DNA of 51,323 nucleotides. Source: Chromera velia (Eukaryota). A program made the position numbers and the translations under genes. A model generated the notes under the pieces. That model worked only from the letters and a program-made list of their open reading frames with translations, was not told where the DNA came from and made no database searches. The DNA is taken from contig JAHBMJ010000274.1 of assembly GCA_018398765.1 (NCBI GenBank), positions 1 to 51,323 on the forward strand, read 5' to 3'. This document shows positions 48,710-51,323 of the stretch, piece after piece (position 1 is the stretch's first letter; every line of letters starts with the position of its first letter).

Positions 48710-51323
48710 TGTTGCTGGTGGAACGACACAAAACGAGCTGACCTGATTGAACGATCCAAACCAGTCTACCAACCCTTCTAGTTGTCGTACAACTCCTTTG
48801 TACCGAGGCAACCACTCCCACGAGCTACCAGAGGTGTCTAGCCAACACAGATACCGGAGGGGGACGAAACTCCCGAATCAGATTCTGTAACCCCTCCAAA
48901 AATGAAGTTCTGGAATAACAAGCTGAACATGATTTCGTCGTTATCAAGCCTTCCAATACAATCCAATGGAATGCTTGACAACAAAATTTTGTGGATAGAG
49001 GCTCATTTTGTTGACCCGACTTTCTGACTGGAGGAGAACTTTCTGAAGACCTGACTGAGAATTTTTCAGATCAGCATTTTGATGGGTCAGCACGCAGCTA
49101 GGAAGTGCTTTTTAGCCTTGGTGGCCGGCCGGGCCCTGGTCCACAACGCATAGTTTGCCTTCCGGGGCCGTCACATGGTTAGCTGATCTAAAATCGGCTC
49201 CCAAAATCGGCTTTCCCTCGAATGTTTCAAGTCAATCAGAGCACGACCTAGTGCCGCCTCTCTCCCATCACACAGACTTGCTCTCCAGCGATGAAAGTAG
49301 GCTTTATCGAAAGCCCAGAGGATTGGCTTCTTTGCTTTTTCTTGGGTTTATGACATTCCCTCTACTGGTTGCCCTGAGAGGGCAATTTTGATCTTCCATC
49401 ACGAAGGGCACGGCCCGTCTCCACGCAAAAGGGCCTACAAAGTTGCCCCAGTAAAGCTTCCATTGAATCCGTTCCATGCGTGCGCTCTAACAAGCTCTAG
49501 ATGAGGAGCTGGAAAGGCTTTCTGGATGAAGGGGCCAGCTCTGGGTGGCAAGAAGGTGAGCCGCTTTATGAATTTTTGCATATCTGTACTGCAGGTCAGA
49601 CTGAGCCTTTCTCGGAGGACCGTTTGTCGGTGCTTGGGTTTCGTGAGGAAGCATTACGGCTGGTAATCTCGGGTGATCTGAAGTTATGGGAGTGAGGCGC
49701 AGCTCTTGTTTGCATAAAAATTTGGAGGTAGGGCTCCTGGGTGGACTAAGACCCAGTGGCCAGTGCCGGGCCTCACCCAGAAAAAACAAGAACGCTATGA
49801 TGGCTGGTCGTGGGCAAGGCCCTCTAGCTAGAGGCCATGGATCGATCAGGCTTTCAGAAGCTAAGCATTTACCTCTTGCACAGTCATAGTGCTCAACATT
49901 TGTTTGGTTGAACTGCTTTCTGTGTATGTCAAATTGGCAGATCTGTTTGCGGACATTCATTCTTACCTTTCATGGAGGTTGCCCACTATGTGCTCCCTCC
50001 TTACATCAGTGTGCGGATTCGGCATATTCTATTAGAAGTAAAAGTTAGTTTGTTTGTGCATTACACTGCGCATTGTCACATGCCTGCAGAGTCTGCAATC
50101 ACTCCCCGATATATCAAGATACTATAACTCTTTCACCTCACTCACGTCCAACAATTTCCAACATACACACCACAAACCCATTAAACCTTATCTTTAAAAG
50201 TTGTTCATACTTTCATGCAGGTAAGAAACAATAAATAGAATCATTCTAAGTGCTTTAAAGACTTAGTTTTTTATATAAAATTTAATGTGATATATAGAAA
50301 ATTAAAAGTCACTTTCTAGTACAAAAGTTTCAATTGTCAGTACAGTCAGTTGAACGAGGCCACTCTGTTACCTTGTAGGATTAATATCTAATCAGAGACT
50401 GCCAAATATCTATCAGTGGCGGCTTTCTAGAGCCATAAGAAGAATAGGTATTCTTCAGACACAGGGACTTCTGAGAGTATACACACGCAGCTAGATTCAG
50501 ACTGTTAGTTAGTCCGCCTTACTGCTGACGTCTACACTGCTATGGTAATGACGTTATCAATCGATCGAACAATCAGACACAGAGACGGAACCATCGTATA
50601 TCGGTCATGTATATCAATTGTATTGACGCACGTGTGGTGGCAATATACATGGCGCCGGCAGGCCCGCGCAGACACACAACAGACACAGGGCCGCCCGCTG
50701 GTGGGCCGACAGGGCGTACGTAAGTCCCACAACAACGCCCCCTAACACTCCAGTAAACTTGAAACGCCATGCCGTAGGCGCGGACAGATTTGAAACGCCT
50801 GCGCCGTAGGCGCAGCCTAACTTAAAGAGCGCGGCCAAAATAAAGCATACTTGAATTTTTTTGTGGAAGACGCAGACAGTCTTAAAAGAACCGTACTGCA
50901 GGCGCGGCCAGCATTAAAAATTCTATTTCAAGACAGACTGGAGTGTTAGGGGGGTTGGTGAGAGTGCGCGTATGTATGTTGAACGTGCTGAATCTCCGAT
51001 TGAAAAATGTGACGCACGCACATCCATGTATGTCCCAGAAATAGAGCTGAGAGGGCACTTAACACAATATGCATGAGTATAAAGGTCAAAACAAATGGAG
51101 TTAATTTTGATTGCTTTCCAGGCCATTCGCACGGAGTACGTCAGATTGGGGTAGGAGCGCGCATATATGTATACGTTGAGCATGCTAAATCTCCAATTAA
51201 AAAATCTGACGCACGCAGATGCATATCCCAGAAATAGAGCTGAGGGGGTACTTAACATAGGGGTGTAAAATCTCTTTTAGACGGGGGGGGAGAACCCCGT
51301 CGGCAGGGGGGGGGGGGGCCCTA

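Larger units (their letters stand above)
46718..50352. mobile_element. ~3.6-kb TIR element, superfamily undetermined
   Basis: ~49-bp inverted repeats CAACTGACTGTACTGACAATTGAAACTTTTGTACT(G/A)GAAAGTGACTTT at both ends; flanks AACGAA / AACGAG. Confidence 0.75.

Overview
Eukaryotic, transposon-dense window with assembly gaps and no intact host gene; the sequence style suggests a protist such as a chromerid alveolate, but that is inference. The main feature is a complete ~20-kb LTR retrotransposon (7408-27401). It has two 360-bp LTRs with non-canonical TG...TA ends, a perfect 5-bp TSD (GTGAT), a PBS and a PPT. It carries a decayed ~16-kb polyprotein frame with Copia domain order (Gag-PR-IN-RT-RNaseH). 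Between Gag and protease lie ~6 kb of accessory coding sequence with three virus-like 2A/StopGo peptides, a RING finger and a Cys-rich domain, and a CCHC knuckle follows RNase H. The window also holds a minus-strand APE-type LINE with CXC-like and chromo-like modules, and two 8-bp-TSD TIR elements, one carrying a chromodomain fragment. The rest comprises a 3.6-kb TIR element, two convergent Gypsy gag remnants, hairpin MITEs, satellites and dispersed duplications. Decay is strongly dominated by transitions.
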